Shown here piece by piece: positions 24,493 to 34,363 of a stretch of DNA of 64,000 bases. The notes under the pieces were generated by a model. The model did not search any database. It saw nothing but the letters and a program-made list of their open reading frames with translations, and was not told the origin of the DNA. The position numbers and the translations under genes were made by a program. The number at the start of each line of letters is the position of its first letter. The first letter of the stretch is position 1. The stretch spans positions 64,742-128,741 of the forward strand of contig CAZMPY010000005.1 in assembly GCA_964568665.1 (NCBI GenBank), read 5' to 3'. This stretch comes from an uncultured Thermoplasmata archaeon (GTDB taxonomy: Archaea; Thermoplasmatota; Thermoplasmata; UBA10834).

Positions 24493-24738
24493 CTACATGC
24501 CTTGCGTTGACCTGTACCACATGACCATCAGGAAGAGGAGACAGCCAACGCCGAATAGGAGCAGGCCGAGGCCCCTATCGCCTGAAAGGTATTGAAATGA
24601 AGCCGCGGCCACGGCGACCACGAACGCGAGGAAGCCGATGTTGATGACCTGGTTCGGTCGAGGCTTCTCGCCGACCTTTATCCAAGAAGGTCTTACGAGC
24701 ACTCTCTGGGGAGCTGGTATCGTAGGCACTCCTGACAT
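24493..24738 (-). CDS. small two-TM membrane protein
   Basis: 81-aa ORF with an ATG at 24738. Hydrophobic segments INIGFLAFVVAVAAASF and GLGLLLFGVGCLLFLMVMW. Confidence 0.4.
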   Translation of the reverse strand: MSGVPTIPAPQRVLVRPSWIKVGEKPRPNQVINIGFLAFVVAVAAASFQYLSGDRGLGLLLFGVGCLLFLMVMWYRSTQGM

Positions 24739-25058
24739 CGGTCCACCCGCGTTCTGACATATCCAATCCCCCAGACCGACATAAATGCTGCGCAGGTATC
24801 CCGGCGGACGATGTGCAGGAATGAACGAGAGGGAAATGGGTTGGCGCCAATCTCCTGCTTCTTTCCAAAGACGCGATGGATTGGCCTCGTGTACCTGAAT
24901 CGTCCGAGCCAGTCATTTTGACGGGCGGTCGGATCCCACAGGGTCCACGTCGTGAGAAGAGGCCATGGGCGAGAAGGCCCTAGGGCATGAAATACAGCAG
25001 AAACAGAATTACGTCCCTAGGGAGTGGCCCCTCTCCTAGTTCCATCCATTCTCAACAG

Positions 25059-25076
25059 AGGATGAGGGTTCATCCT
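25059..25076 (-). terminator. hairpin just downstream of the helicase stop
   Basis: aggatga (25059-25065), loop gggt, tcatcct (25070-25076), about 20 nt after the stop at 25098. Function inferred. Confidence 0.25.
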
Positions 25077-25097
25077 GAACAGAGAATTCCAGACATT

Positions 25098-26369
25098 CTA
25101 TCTCGACCGATGATATCTCCGATCCTGTCGATTCATATTTGACGGTCTCTGACCTCTTTGCTGTTTTGACGGTCTCTGACCTCTTTGCTGCTTCGGCGGT
25201 GGTCTTGCAGCAGCGCCGACAGCATTCTTTGCTGTGTTGGAATGAAACGAATGTGACATCACTTCGATGTTCATCTTTATGAGACTTTCAATCTCGCTCA
25301 AGGCATTCCGTTCATGGCTTGCGCACAGGGAATAGGCAGTGCCCTTGGCCCCTGCCCTTGCGGTACGGCCGATCCTATGGACATAGTTGTCAACCTGGTC
25401 AACAGGCAGATCATAGTTTATCACATGGGATATGTCATCGATGTCGATGCCTCTCGCAGCGATGTCGGTTGCAACCAGCACCCTTGCACGTCCTGATTTG
25501 AAATCGTCCAATGCCCTTGTCCTCTGACCCTGCGATTTGTTACCATGTATGGCTTCAGCCCGGATGCCCCGACCAGTCAGCATCTCGGCGACGCTGTTGG
25601 CTCTTCTTTTTGTTCTTGTGAATACCAGTACGCATTTCAGATCTTCATGTCTCAGCAATTCCAACAGGATCGCGATCTTGTCTCTTTCGTCTACAAAGAG
25701 GACTTTCTGTTCGACTAGTTTTACCGTGGTTGCTTGAGGAGCAACTTCAACGCGCACAGGATGACGGAGCAATGTCTTTGCGAGCTCGCTTATCTTTTGC
25801 GGCATTGTTGCTGAAAAGAATACCGATTGTCTGTGTGCCGGCAATTTTGAGATGATTCTCTTGACATCGGCCAGGAATCCCATGTCGAGCATTCTGTCGA
25901 CCTCATCGAGAACAAGGAATTCTAGATTGTTTAGATTCACGTGGCGCTGATTCATCAAGTCCAATAACCTGCCAGGTGTGGCGACCAGGACATCGACACC
26001 TTTGGAGATTGTCCTGACCTGATGGCCTTGGCTGACACCGCCGAATATCACAGTGTGCCTGAAACTCATGAATGAGCCGTAGGTTGCAAAGCTTCCATCT
26101 ATCTGCGCGGCCAATTCCCTGGTCGGCGCAAGGACCAGAGTCCTAGGGGACTTCGGGAAGACACGCACGGGTGTTTGTGACATCAACTGCAACAGGGGCA
26201 GGACAAATGCAGCGGTCTTCCCTGTGCCAGTTTGTGCGATTCCGATCAAGTCCTTGCCTTGAAGGATATGAGGGATCGCCTGTTCCTGTATCGGTGTTGG
26301 CACGGTATAACCCTGTTTAGCGACTGCCCCCAGAAGAGGCTCTATGAGCTTGAGGTCTTTGAACGTCAT
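25098..26369 (-). CDS. DEAD-box-family ATP-dependent RNA helicase (DEVD variant)
   Basis: ATG at 26369 within ORF 25098..26519. Motifs Q (TPIQEQAIP), I (AQTGTGKTAAF), Ia (PTRELA), II (VLDEVD), III (SAT) and VI (HRIGRTARAG). Basic tail with a duplicated KQQRGQRPS. Confidence 0.9.
   Translation of the reverse strand: MTFKDLKLIEPLLGAVAKQGYTVPTPIQEQAIPHILQGKDLIGIAQTGTGKTAAFVLPLLQLMSQTPVRVFPKSPRTLVLAPTRELAAQIDGSFATYGSFMSFRHTVIFGGVSQGHQVRTISKGVDVLVATPGRLLDLMNQRHVNLNNLEFLVLDEVDRMLDMGFLADVKRIISKLPAHRQSVFFSATMPQKISELAKTLLRHPVRVEVAPQATTVKLVEQKVLFVDERDKIAILLELLRHEDLKCVLVFTRTKRRANSVAEMLTGRGIRAEAIHGNKSQGQRTRALDDFKSGRARVLVATDIAARGIDIDDISHVINYDLPVDQVDNYVHRIGRTARAGAKGTAYSLCASHERNALSEIESLIKMNIEVMSHSFHSNTAKNAVGAAARPPPKQQRGQRPSKQQRGQRPSNMNRQDRRYHRSR
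25141..25194. repeat. 27-bp tandem duplication inside the helicase tail
   Basis: gacggtctctgacctctttgctgtttt followed by gacggtctctgacctctttgctgcttc (25 of 27 identical). Confidence 0.8.
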
Positions 26370-26553
26370 CCGTCTCTCTCTCCAATCGTCATCCCCGCAG
26401 CAGGAGATAAAAGGTTCTTTCCGACCACGTGGACTCTGGGGACTTCCTTTCAGATCCTGATGATTCTGGAGGCTCCCATGCTTGTCGCGATCTGGACAAC
26501 AGAACCTCATGCAGTTCATTTAAAGGGACCGGGACACGTACGGACCATCTCAT

Positions 26554-27228
26554 ATGGTATCCAGACTTCGGCGGAGACTTGACAAACTTCGGCTGACACT
26601 TGCGATCCTCTTGTTGGGATTTGCCATCAACGGAACATTCGAGACGTACACCTACATCAACCACAGCTACCCACTACCTTACGCGCCCTCCGTTTTCATC
26701 ATCGGCCCTTTCGTTACACTGGCCGGGCTTCTCACCCTCTGGATCGGCCGTTCAGATTGGGATCAACCTCTCAGTCGGCGATTCCGACTCGCTCAGGAGG
26801 CGTTTGGCCTCAACGTCCTTGCCCTTGTGCTGGCCATCACTCCTGTGGTCTGGTACGGTTTATGGTCAGACGCATCGATCCCATCGTGGGTGTACGGGGG
26901 TTTCGGGGCTGCAATCGTGGTCTCGCTGCTCTTCAACTTTGCTATCTACGTCCTGGTTGCTTATGGGCTAACGGCGAATTTCGGCAAAGCCCTTCTCCTC
27001 ATCGCCTTCGGCTGGGCCAGTATTGTTTCCATCTGGACCGGACGTGCTCTTGCTCAGGAACTCGGGACGATAGTCCAAATCGTCCAGGACCGCTCTCTGG
27101 ACTTCAGACCAGTCAGCGCATCGATTTCCGGCATCGAGTCCTATTTCGCGTTGACCTACTTCATGCTGATGATCGCATACCTCGACGCGTACCATAGGTC
27201 ACATTTGAGAACTCGGAAGTCTTCCTAG
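26554..27228 (+). CDS. multi-pass integral membrane protein, unknown function
   Basis: 224-aa ORF with an ATG start and about 6 hydrophobic segments. Confidence 0.6.
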   Translation: MVSRLRRRLDKLRLTLAILLLGFAINGTFETYTYINHSYPLPYAPSVFIIGPFVTLAGLLTLWIGRSDWDQPLSRRFRLAQEAFGLNVLALVLAITPVVWYGLWSDASIPSWVYGGFGAAIVVSLLFNFAIYVLVAYGLTANFGKALLLIAFGWASIVSIWTGRALAQELGTIVQIVQDRSLDFRPVSASISGIESYFALTYFMLMIAYLDAYHRSHLRTRKSS

Positions 27229-27355
27229 ACTCCCGTTGCGCATCAGGGACCGATTCACAGTCTGCCTTCGCTCGCTCGGATTCGGACCACACCGTGAGCG
27301 GGTCCATCGAGCCATGCTGGCAGAAGCGAAGAGGCGCATTTTGATTGTGGCAAGG

Positions 27356-27365
27356 TTATTATTAA
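27356..27365 (+). promoter_or_regulatory. TATA-like box upstream of cls
   Basis: ttattattaa ends 25 nt before the ATG at 27390, a spacing compatible with a leaderless or short-leader archaeal transcript. Confidence 0.3.
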
Positions 27366-27389
27366 CGCTGCAACCATATCAATCGACAT

Positions 27390-28856
27390 ATGAGCCCATT
27401 CGACCTGACGAGATTGCTCTTCGGCGACCTCATCAGCCTGTTCCTCTACATCAACGCGGCTATCATCATCATCGTCATCGTGTTCGTTAAGCCCCGCAAG
27501 GTCACATCGATCTATCTCTGGATCGCCGCCTTCCTGCTCCTGCCTATGATCTTCGTGCTCATCTTCTACATCTTCTTCGGGCGAGACTACCACAGGCAGA
27601 AACTGTTCAAGAACAAGTGGGTGAAAGATGCCAATGTTGTCAAGCTCCTGCGCGAGCAGAGGAAGAACCTAGTCCTCGCCTCGGAGAGCTACGTGAAATC
27701 CCTGCACGAGAACGTCGAGCTCGCGCGCATGCTGATCAAGACCAACAACAGCTTCGTCACCATGGACAACGAGGTGCGCTACATCAACGAAGGCGACGAG
27801 TTCTTCAAGGTCTTGTTCGAGGAGATCTCCAAGGCGAAGCGCTTCGTCCATATGGAGATGTACATCATCCGCAATGACGAGCTCGGCAAGAAGCTGGTGC
27901 ACGAGCTGGCGGTCAAGGCCAAGGAGGGGGTGGAGGTCAGGCTCCTTTGCGACGCGGTGGGATGCCACAAGCTACCCCGGAGGTTTTTCAAAGAGCTGAG
28001 GGACGCAGGGGGCAAGACGGCCGAGTACTTGCCCTCCTGGATCAGGGCGATCAACCCCCGAATCAACAACCGCAATCACCGTAAGTTGCTCATCATGGAC
28101 GGCGAAACGGGCATCTGCAGCGGCTTCAACGTCGGCATCGAGTACACCGGCCATGGACGGTTTGGTCCCTGGCGGGACGACGCCGTGGTCATGCGGGGCG
28201 GGGCGGCAATCACGCTCGAGGCGCGCTTCATACAGGACTGGAACTTCGCGTCCAAGGACGACATCATGATCACCCCTTATTTGCCGGTGACGGAGGGCCG
28301 AGGCAAGAGCCCGGTGCAGATCGTCTCCGGGGGGCCGGACACGGAGAACAGCCCGATCAAGCTGCACTATGTGAAGATGATCTCCTCGGCCACGAAGAAG
28401 ATCTATATCCAGACACCCTACTTCGTGCCGGAAGAATCCATCCTCGCCGCCCTCGAGATGGCGGCGCAGTCGGGAGTGGAGGTCCGCCTCATGATCCCCT
28501 GCAAGCCGGACCACCCGTTCGTGTTCTGGGCCTCCACCTTCAACGCGGCATACCTGCTGAAATCGGGGGTGCTCGTGTACAAGTTCAATCCCGGCTTCAT
28601 CCACGCCAAGATATGCGTCATTGACGACCAAGTGGCCAGCGTGGGCAGCGCCAACTTCGATATGCGCAGCTTCGAGCTGAACTTCGAGACCAACGCGGTC
28701 ATCTACGACGCCGAGATGGCCAGGACCATCGGGGAGAAGTTCCTCAAGGACGCCGCCGAGCACAGCGAACAGATGACCCTGAAGGAGTATTCCGCCCGGG
28801 GCCCCTTGGTCAAGCTCAAGGAGGCGATCTCGCGCCTCTACACCCCGATCGCCTGA
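27390..28856 (+). CDS. cls: cardiolipin synthase (phospholipase D family)
   Basis: Two N-terminal TM helices. Two HKD motifs (NHRKLLIMDG and HAKICVIDD..SVGSANFD). Confidence 0.9.
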   Translation: MSPFDLTRLLFGDLISLFLYINAAIIIIVIVFVKPRKVTSIYLWIAAFLLLPMIFVLIFYIFFGRDYHRQKLFKNKWVKDANVVKLLREQRKNLVLASESYVKSLHENVELARMLIKTNNSFVTMDNEVRYINEGDEFFKVLFEEISKAKRFVHMEMYIIRNDELGKKLVHELAVKAKEGVEVRLLCDAVGCHKLPRRFFKELRDAGGKTAEYLPSWIRAINPRINNRNHRKLLIMDGETGICSGFNVGIEYTGHGRFGPWRDDAVVMRGGAAITLEARFIQDWNFASKDDIMITPYLPVTEGRGKSPVQIVSGGPDTENSPIKLHYVKMISSATKKIYIQTPYFVPEESILAALEMAAQSGVEVRLMIPCKPDHPFVFWASTFNAAYLLKSGVLVYKFNPGFIHAKICVIDDQVASVGSANFDMRSFELNFETNAVIYDAEMARTIGEKFLKDAAEHSEQMTLKEYSARGPLVKLKEAISRLYTPIA

Positions 28857-29756
28857 TCACTTCCGCTCGTCATACTCCCGCTTATCTCGCAACCGGCGGA
28901 TGTAGTGCTTCAGACGATGGGCGTTCTGCTGGTAGTTGATGGCCATACCAGGCAGGAGGTAACGGCTGTGCTTGGTCACGACCACGATGCCGGTGGCGAT
29001 CTTATTCAGCCTGCGCTTCTCGTAGCCAATCACCACGTTCCTGCGCGACGCCACTGCATCGAGGAAGCCCTCCAAAGTGCCCTCGGGCGCGCAGGTCACC
29101 ACCCCGCCTATATCGGAAAGCAGATGGCCGTCCGTTCCCCCGGTGAAGGACAGGCTCCGCTCCTCCGCCAGCTTCGTGGCTTTGACGTTCAGCGAGCGGG
29201 TCATGCTCCCGCAGATCACCTCGAGGCCGTCGAAACGCTTCATAGTCTCTGGCGGGAGGTACTTGCCCTCGATGCACTTTTGCAGCCCCTTGTTGAAGAG
29301 CAGGTAGCCATAGGGGTGGGCGGCGATGGTGACGCAGCTGTAGCTCTCGGCCCGGTCGATAATCTCCTGCGTGCCGAGCTTGATGGCCAGCCAGGGGCTT
29401 CCCTGCCGGTTCGGCTCGATATGCCGGCGGAAGAAGTCCTCCAGGTCCCCAGGCGAATAGAAATAGGTGAGAATGTGAGGCCCGTCGAAGGCGCTCACCT
29501 CCATGCCCGGCACGATCAGCAGGTCGCCCCTCTCCTGGAAGGCGCGCAGCGAGCCGGAGATGACGTTGTGGTCTATTATGGCCAGGTTGAACCCAGCGTG
29601 CCTGGCTTTTGCGAGCACCTGATGCACCGTGGCACGGCCGTCCGAGTGGTTCGTGTGGGAGTGCATGTCGACGGCCGTGAGTCCTTCTTTCCTCAACTGC
29701 GCCAGGTCCGGGACCTCGAAACGCACCTTCTCATTGCGGTCATCGGAGCGCGGCAT
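28857..29756 (-). CDS. PHP-domain metal-dependent phosphoesterase
   Basis: VDMHSHTNHSDG, followed by further His/Asp motifs (IIDHN, AAHPYG, GGTDGH). ATG at 29756 preferred over 29828 because it removes the overlap with the upstream gene. Confidence 0.8.
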   Translation of the reverse strand: MPRSDDRNEKVRFEVPDLAQLRKEGLTAVDMHSHTNHSDGRATVHQVLAKARHAGFNLAIIDHNVISGSLRAFQERGDLLIVPGMEVSAFDGPHILTYFYSPGDLEDFFRRHIEPNRQGSPWLAIKLGTQEIIDRAESYSCVTIAAHPYGYLLFNKGLQKCIEGKYLPPETMKRFDGLEVICGSMTRSLNVKATKLAEERSLSFTGGTDGHLLSDIGGVVTCAPEGTLEGFLDAVASRRNVVIGYEKRRLNKIATGIVVVTKHSRYLLPGMAINYQQNAHRLKHYIRRLRDKREYDERK

Positions 29757-29799
29757 TTCAACTCGTCTGAGATAGCGTCGCACAGGGCTTAAGAATGTG

Positions 29800-30189
29800 T
29801 TACAGCCCCCTTCGTTCGGCGATGACATACCTGACCGATGCCTCTGTCACGTTCCCAGACCATGCGTCTGAGAGATTTCCCAGGAATCGCCTTTTCGCCC
29901 CATGGGCTTTTCTCGGAAAATGCTGGCGAGACGCTAGTCTGAGCACGAGACACGCGTTGCTGTGAAAATGGCTGCCAGACCCACTAGCGGCCGAGAATAG
30001 CCGTGCATTGCTTGCAGTAGAGAACTGTTTCACGTTCTCGGAATGGACTTTCCCCGGTGCAACAGCCATCTGATCAAAGAATCGCCAGTATCTCCGGCCC
30101 GACCACGGCTCCCTGCACACGTGACCGAGAGTAACAAAGGGTTTATCCGCAATCTCTGATTCGTACCGAACAGGTTCAATGGTTATCAT
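29800..30189 (-). CDS. hypothetical protein
   Basis: Inner ATG at 30189 (MITIEPVRYES...) of ORF 29800..30336. No motif recognised. Coding status is uncertain. Confidence 0.35.
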   Translation of the reverse strand: MITIEPVRYESEIADKPFVTLGHVCREPWSGRRYWRFFDQMAVAPGKVHSENVKQFSTASNARLFSAASGSGSHFHSNACLVLRLASRQHFPRKAHGAKRRFLGNLSDAWSGNVTEASVRYVIAERRGL

Positions 30190-30634
30190 GTCGAGCATTC
30201 CGCCTAGGCATTCCGACGCCGCTCCCCCGAAAGCACCCACTACTTCGAGCGGGGTCGCCAAGCTCCTGTGGAACGCGGCAGGGACAGTCTTCCTCTCGCT
30301 CGGCATCGTCGGCATCGCGATACCCCTCCTCCCCACGACCCCGTTCCTCCTGCTCGCGGCTGCGTGCTACCACAGGGGCTCGCCCAGGATGCACAGATGG
30401 ATGCTGACCAACAGGTACTTCGGGGAATATCTGAGGGACTACCAGGAGGGGAGAGGGATGCCGTGGAGGGTCAAGGCCGCCACGGTCTCGTTGCTATGGG
30501 CCGTGATCGCGTTCTCCGCCGTCTTCGCGACCTCAAACACGATCATAAGGGTCGTACTGCTCGTGGTGGCCGTCGCAGTGACGATACACATACTGACGTT
30601 TAAGACCAAGAAGAAAGAACCGGGCCACGCATGA
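30179..30634 (+). CDS. YbaN/DUF454-family inner membrane protein
   Basis: LGIVGIAIPLLPTTPFLLLAAACYHRGSPRMHRWMLTNRYFGEYL is the family signature. Start is ATG 30179 or 30188. Confidence 0.75.
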   Translation: MVIMSSIPPRHSDAAPPKAPTTSSGVAKLLWNAAGTVFLSLGIVGIAIPLLPTTPFLLLAAACYHRGSPRMHRWMLTNRYFGEYLRDYQEGRGMPWRVKAATVSLLWAVIAFSAVFATSNTIIRVVLLVVAVAVTIHILTFKTKKKEPGHA

Positions 30635-30987
30635 GAATCAGCGCCAGGGAACTGAGAAGGACCCTGACCGCATCGCAAGCCCCCATAGCTGCGACCGGAC
30701 AGCGCGGGCGAGAAGGAGCTCCGCTCGGCGCCAGAACCCTCGGATGGAGAGAGGACCCACTGGGCAAGTCTTTATACACTCGATACGGATGCGAGACGAG
30801 AGAACGAATGGCGAAGGGATTCTGCAGGAAGCGCGGGAAGGAAGTCGGCAGCCTCATGAAGTCACCAGGGTGGAAGGGCCCACGGTACGGATATGTGCAC
30901 GGTGGACCTTGCCCACCGGAGATGGGGACTATCATCAAGAGACCGGCCTGTCCGGACCGCGGAGTCTAGCAGACGAACTAGGCGAAG

Positions 30988-31338
30988 GTGATTCTCGCAA
31001 TGGAACCAGACGAGAGAGAAGTGCTATGCGCTCCGGCGAAGCTCCGAGACACACATGGCCTCCTGACACTGACGAACAGACGATTGTTGTTCACACGCAC
31101 GTCTGGCCTGATCTCGAAGAAGGGATTCACCATCCTGGATCTCCCCCTCTCAACCATAAAGGATGTCTGGGTCGACCACAGTTTTACCAGATCGAGAGTG
31201 GTGTTCGTCGCACAGGGGGAAGGGGATTCCGGAGAGCCCAGGACCGAGATCGAAGTCCATCTGCCTGACAAGTGGTGTTCGATGATCTCGTCCCAGATAT
31301 CCAAGAGGAACGCCGAGATCGAGAAAGGCGGCATCTGA
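30988..31338 (+). CDS. bacterial-type PH (bPH/GRAM-like) domain protein
   Basis: 116-aa ORF (GTG 30988, alternative ATG 31000). HGLLTLTNRRLLFTR motif. Confidence 0.55.
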   Translation: MILAMEPDEREVLCAPAKLRDTHGLLTLTNRRLLFTRTSGLISKKGFTILDLPLSTIKDVWVDHSFTRSRVVFVAQGEGDSGEPRTEIEVHLPDKWCSMISSQISKRNAEIEKGGI

Positions 31339-31443
31339 GCGACGTTCCAACAGAGGGGGAGTATCTTCGGCTCGCTTTCCCCGATCAAGATCCGCTGACT
31401 ATGCTTCGATCAGCAGCAGAGGGATTATGTACCGCCGGCGGAC

Positions 31444-32583
31444 ATGATTGCTCCAATGAGAAGCGCGGTCCGGATATCGATTGGGGTCTTCATAGCTCTG
31501 AATCTGTCGATCATCGGGAGCTCCGTCCTGACCATCAACGGTCAGGCGGACGACACGGTGCCCGAGCTGGTCCCAGAGCCCTGGGTCCACGAGACCCACG
31601 AATACAACGTGTCCGGAGACGTGAACGGCACCCCGACCGATGCGTTCTTCGTCAACGAGAGATGGATGATCGATGTCACCCACGGGGATGTCATGACACT
31701 CATCATGGCCAGGAACATCACCCAGGACGGCATCTCAGCCGTGGATTACACTAACAACATCCACTACAGCATCGGGGGCAAGCTGTACATAGCCCAGTTC
31801 ATGATCTGGGAGCTGGCCTTCGAGATAGGGGGTTATACGATACATTCGCCCCTTACCACCTGCAGTGATTTCGAGGTGGAATACTCCCCGACAGTGTACG
31901 ACGGCACGGTGCCGACCTTCGACTGCAACATCACCTACGAGGGCATCCGGGTCTATTACGGCGCGTCCGTCCCCGTTGGCTCCGACATCTCCACGGTCGA
32001 TCTCACCCTGATGCATCACATCAGAGGGGACTGGGACAACACGCACATGAAGATCGAGGCGCTGCTCGATTTCAACGACACCATATTCTTCAACCCGGAC
32101 GACGACAACAACGAGTTCGATGCGGGCGAACCCTTCACCGCGGAGATCCGTTACATGATGATGGTTGCGAACCCCGAGGACTTCACAACCACGGGACCCC
32201 TCATCCCCTCGGGCTGCACCAACACGACCCTGGAATACAACATGACGCTCGATGACGGGACTCCCCTGACCGCGTCGAAACTGGACATGAGGGACGATTT
32301 CACGATCTACAACGGAAGCGGCGCCAATGACTCTACGGGCTACTCGTTCATGGAGCTGCACGGGGGACAGGCCTACGTCACCCACGGGTTCCCGAACCTG
32401 ACCTACGGGGACACCCAGTCCATGAAGAGCGATCCGGAGATCACCATCTACCATGACCGTGTCACAGAAAACGATCCTATGTCCGACAAGCCTCTTTGGA
32501 TCCTGATACCAGTGGTGGCCGGTATCGCCGCAGTGATCGTGGCCGTCGTCCTCATCAAGAGAAAGACCCACGGAACTAGATAG
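31444..32583 (+). CDS. anchored surface (glyco)protein, paralog family member 2
   Basis: Shares PELVPEP..HE.HEYN.S, LMHHIRGDWDNT..KIEALLDFND, AGEPFTAEIRYMM, VTHGFPNLTY.DT.S..SDPEITIYHD and the C-terminal PLWILIPVVAGIAAV...KRK with 22784..23923. Confidence 0.7.
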   Translation: MIAPMRSAVRISIGVFIALNLSIIGSSVLTINGQADDTVPELVPEPWVHETHEYNVSGDVNGTPTDAFFVNERWMIDVTHGDVMTLIMARNITQDGISAVDYTNNIHYSIGGKLYIAQFMIWELAFEIGGYTIHSPLTTCSDFEVEYSPTVYDGTVPTFDCNITYEGIRVYYGASVPVGSDISTVDLTLMHHIRGDWDNTHMKIEALLDFNDTIFFNPDDDNNEFDAGEPFTAEIRYMMMVANPEDFTTTGPLIPSGCTNTTLEYNMTLDDGTPLTASKLDMRDDFTIYNGSGANDSTGYSFMELHGGQAYVTHGFPNLTYGDTQSMKSDPEITIYHDRVTENDPMSDKPLWILIPVVAGIAAVIVAVVLIKRKTHGTR

Positions 32584-32677
32584 GGCCTCGCGTCGTATCC
32601 ATTCGGCGAGAAGGACGTATTTCCTTCGCCTGAGGCCTCGGAAGAATCACCGAGAGGGAAAGGAAGAAGGGGGTTAG

Positions 32678-32713
32678 CTCGGTGCTGAAACCCTCTGATT
32701 GAGAAAGAGCCAG
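32678..32713. repeat. 36-nt conserved intergenic motif, copy B
   Basis: ctcggtgctgaaaccctctgattgagaaagagccag. See copy A at 13511-13546. Confidence 0.6.
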
Positions 32714-32865
32714 CCTACCCGGTCCAACCACGGCACGTCGCACACCTCTGCGCGCGCGATGCGGGGAGGTTCACCACGGGTCCAGCCCTCACCGATCCCG
32801 CCACCGTCACGCCGCCGCGAGGACCTGGCGCAGGAGCCCGGTCACGGGAAGTGCGATGCCTCCGC

Positions 32866-34140
32866 TCACTTGTTCGGCCTCGACTGCTCCCCGGGCTCCG
32901 AGAAGTAGTACTCCATCAGGCACTGGTACCAGCGCGAGTCGTCGACCAGGTCCAGGCCTATGTCGTTGTACACGAACTGCTTCGCCCACCACCAGGAGAC
33001 CGAGTCGTACAGCGCAAGGCAGGGCGGGAAGTGTATCACGGCGCCCTGCGGCAGGTCCCCGAGGACCTCGCTGTGCCCCTCGCCCAGGAGCGATGCGTCG
33101 AACGCGGCCAGGAACGCGTCGATGGATGTGTCGAGCGCGGGGTCGAATCCTTTCATCCCCTCGAAGAACGTGCACACGTCCGCCAGGTACTCCCAGCCGC
33201 CTATGTTGGCCCATATGCCCGTGTTGGCCGCGTCCCTCGCGGCCTTGATCTCGGCCGCGTAGTCGACGACCAGCGGCTCGAGCACGGCTGTGAGCTCGAT
33301 GAAGCGCTCGCCCGCGGCCCCGACCTTGGACTCGTTGAACGCAGAGAACGCCACGAAGTCCTGGTCGTACGGGTAGATGTGCTCGTACAGGGTCTTCGAG
33401 CTGTAGTACTCCATGTACATGTCGACCATGGACGTCGCCAGCGCCTCCGGGGAGACCGTCGGGTCGTCCATGAGCGATGTGATGATCATATCGTAGGGGA
33501 GGCCGTCGTACGGGACGACCACCTGGGATGCGGTGAAGTACGAGACGACGTCCCTGAGCTCGTACGCCACCTCGAGCGTGGACATGCTGCACGCGTCCAA
33601 TGCGATGATGTCAATCGGCACTCCGCGCGCAACCTTCACATCGTCGAGGGCGGCACGCAGGTCCTCTATGAGCATGATGCCTCCGCCGTTCGTGTCGTCA
33701 ACGCAGAGGCCGCGCCACGAGTAGCCGTGGTCCTGCATGACGAGGAGGGTCTTCTCGGCCGGGTACATGTCCAGGCCGAACATGATGAAGGTCTTCAGCA
33801 CGGAGGCGTCAGAGGTGTTCATCTCCGGCCATTCGGCGACCATCTCATACGAGCCGTCCGCAAAGCTGTAGATCCACGTGCCGTTGACGGAGAGCAGGTC
33901 GACGAGGGCGATCAGGTTGACATGCTCGTCGGAGACCATGGCCGACTGCCAGGTGGTCATCGCGAACTCGGTGCAGAACTCCAGGCTGTTGTCCGCGTCC
34001 CAGTACATCAGGATGGTCCAGTCCTTCTCCTCGGCCGCCGGGGTGACCGGCTCCGACGCCGTCCGGCTCGATAACGATGGCACGGCGACGAACGCGACTA
34101 CCAAGACCATGACCGCTAGCTTCGCAAGACTGCTTCTCAT
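32866..34140 (-). CDS. secreted clostripain-family (C11) cysteine peptidase
   Basis: Signal peptide. ILMYWDADNSLE, MQDHGYSWRG (catalytic His-Gly) and IIALDACSMS (catalytic Cys). Confidence 0.85.
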   Translation of the reverse strand: MRSSLAKLAVMVLVVAFVAVPSLSSRTASEPVTPAAEEKDWTILMYWDADNSLEFCTEFAMTTWQSAMVSDEHVNLIALVDLLSVNGTWIYSFADGSYEMVAEWPEMNTSDASVLKTFIMFGLDMYPAEKTLLVMQDHGYSWRGLCVDDTNGGGIMLIEDLRAALDDVKVARGVPIDIIALDACSMSTLEVAYELRDVVSYFTASQVVVPYDGLPYDMIITSLMDDPTVSPEALATSMVDMYMEYYSSKTLYEHIYPYDQDFVAFSAFNESKVGAAGERFIELTAVLEPLVVDYAAEIKAARDAANTGIWANIGGWEYLADVCTFFEGMKGFDPALDTSIDAFLAAFDASLLGEGHSEVLGDLPQGAVIHFPPCLALYDSVSWWWAKQFVYNDIGLDLVDDSRWYQCLMEYYFSEPGEQSRPNK

Positions 34141-34363
34141 ATCCCCCTCGCCCCTGGCCTAAGCCGCTCCGGCATGACCGTGATAGGCTTTAACACTTAC
34201 CGCTTGTTTTTCGCATACTGACTCCCCTCACGAAAGGGGATTACTCCCTCTCAACGATCAGAGTTCCTCGTCCGGAGAGAGCGAAGCCGCGACTTAATGT
34301 ACATTTGGGTGCGATGCGAGTATGTTATAATTGCACCTTACATGTTAAAACATATTTACTTAT

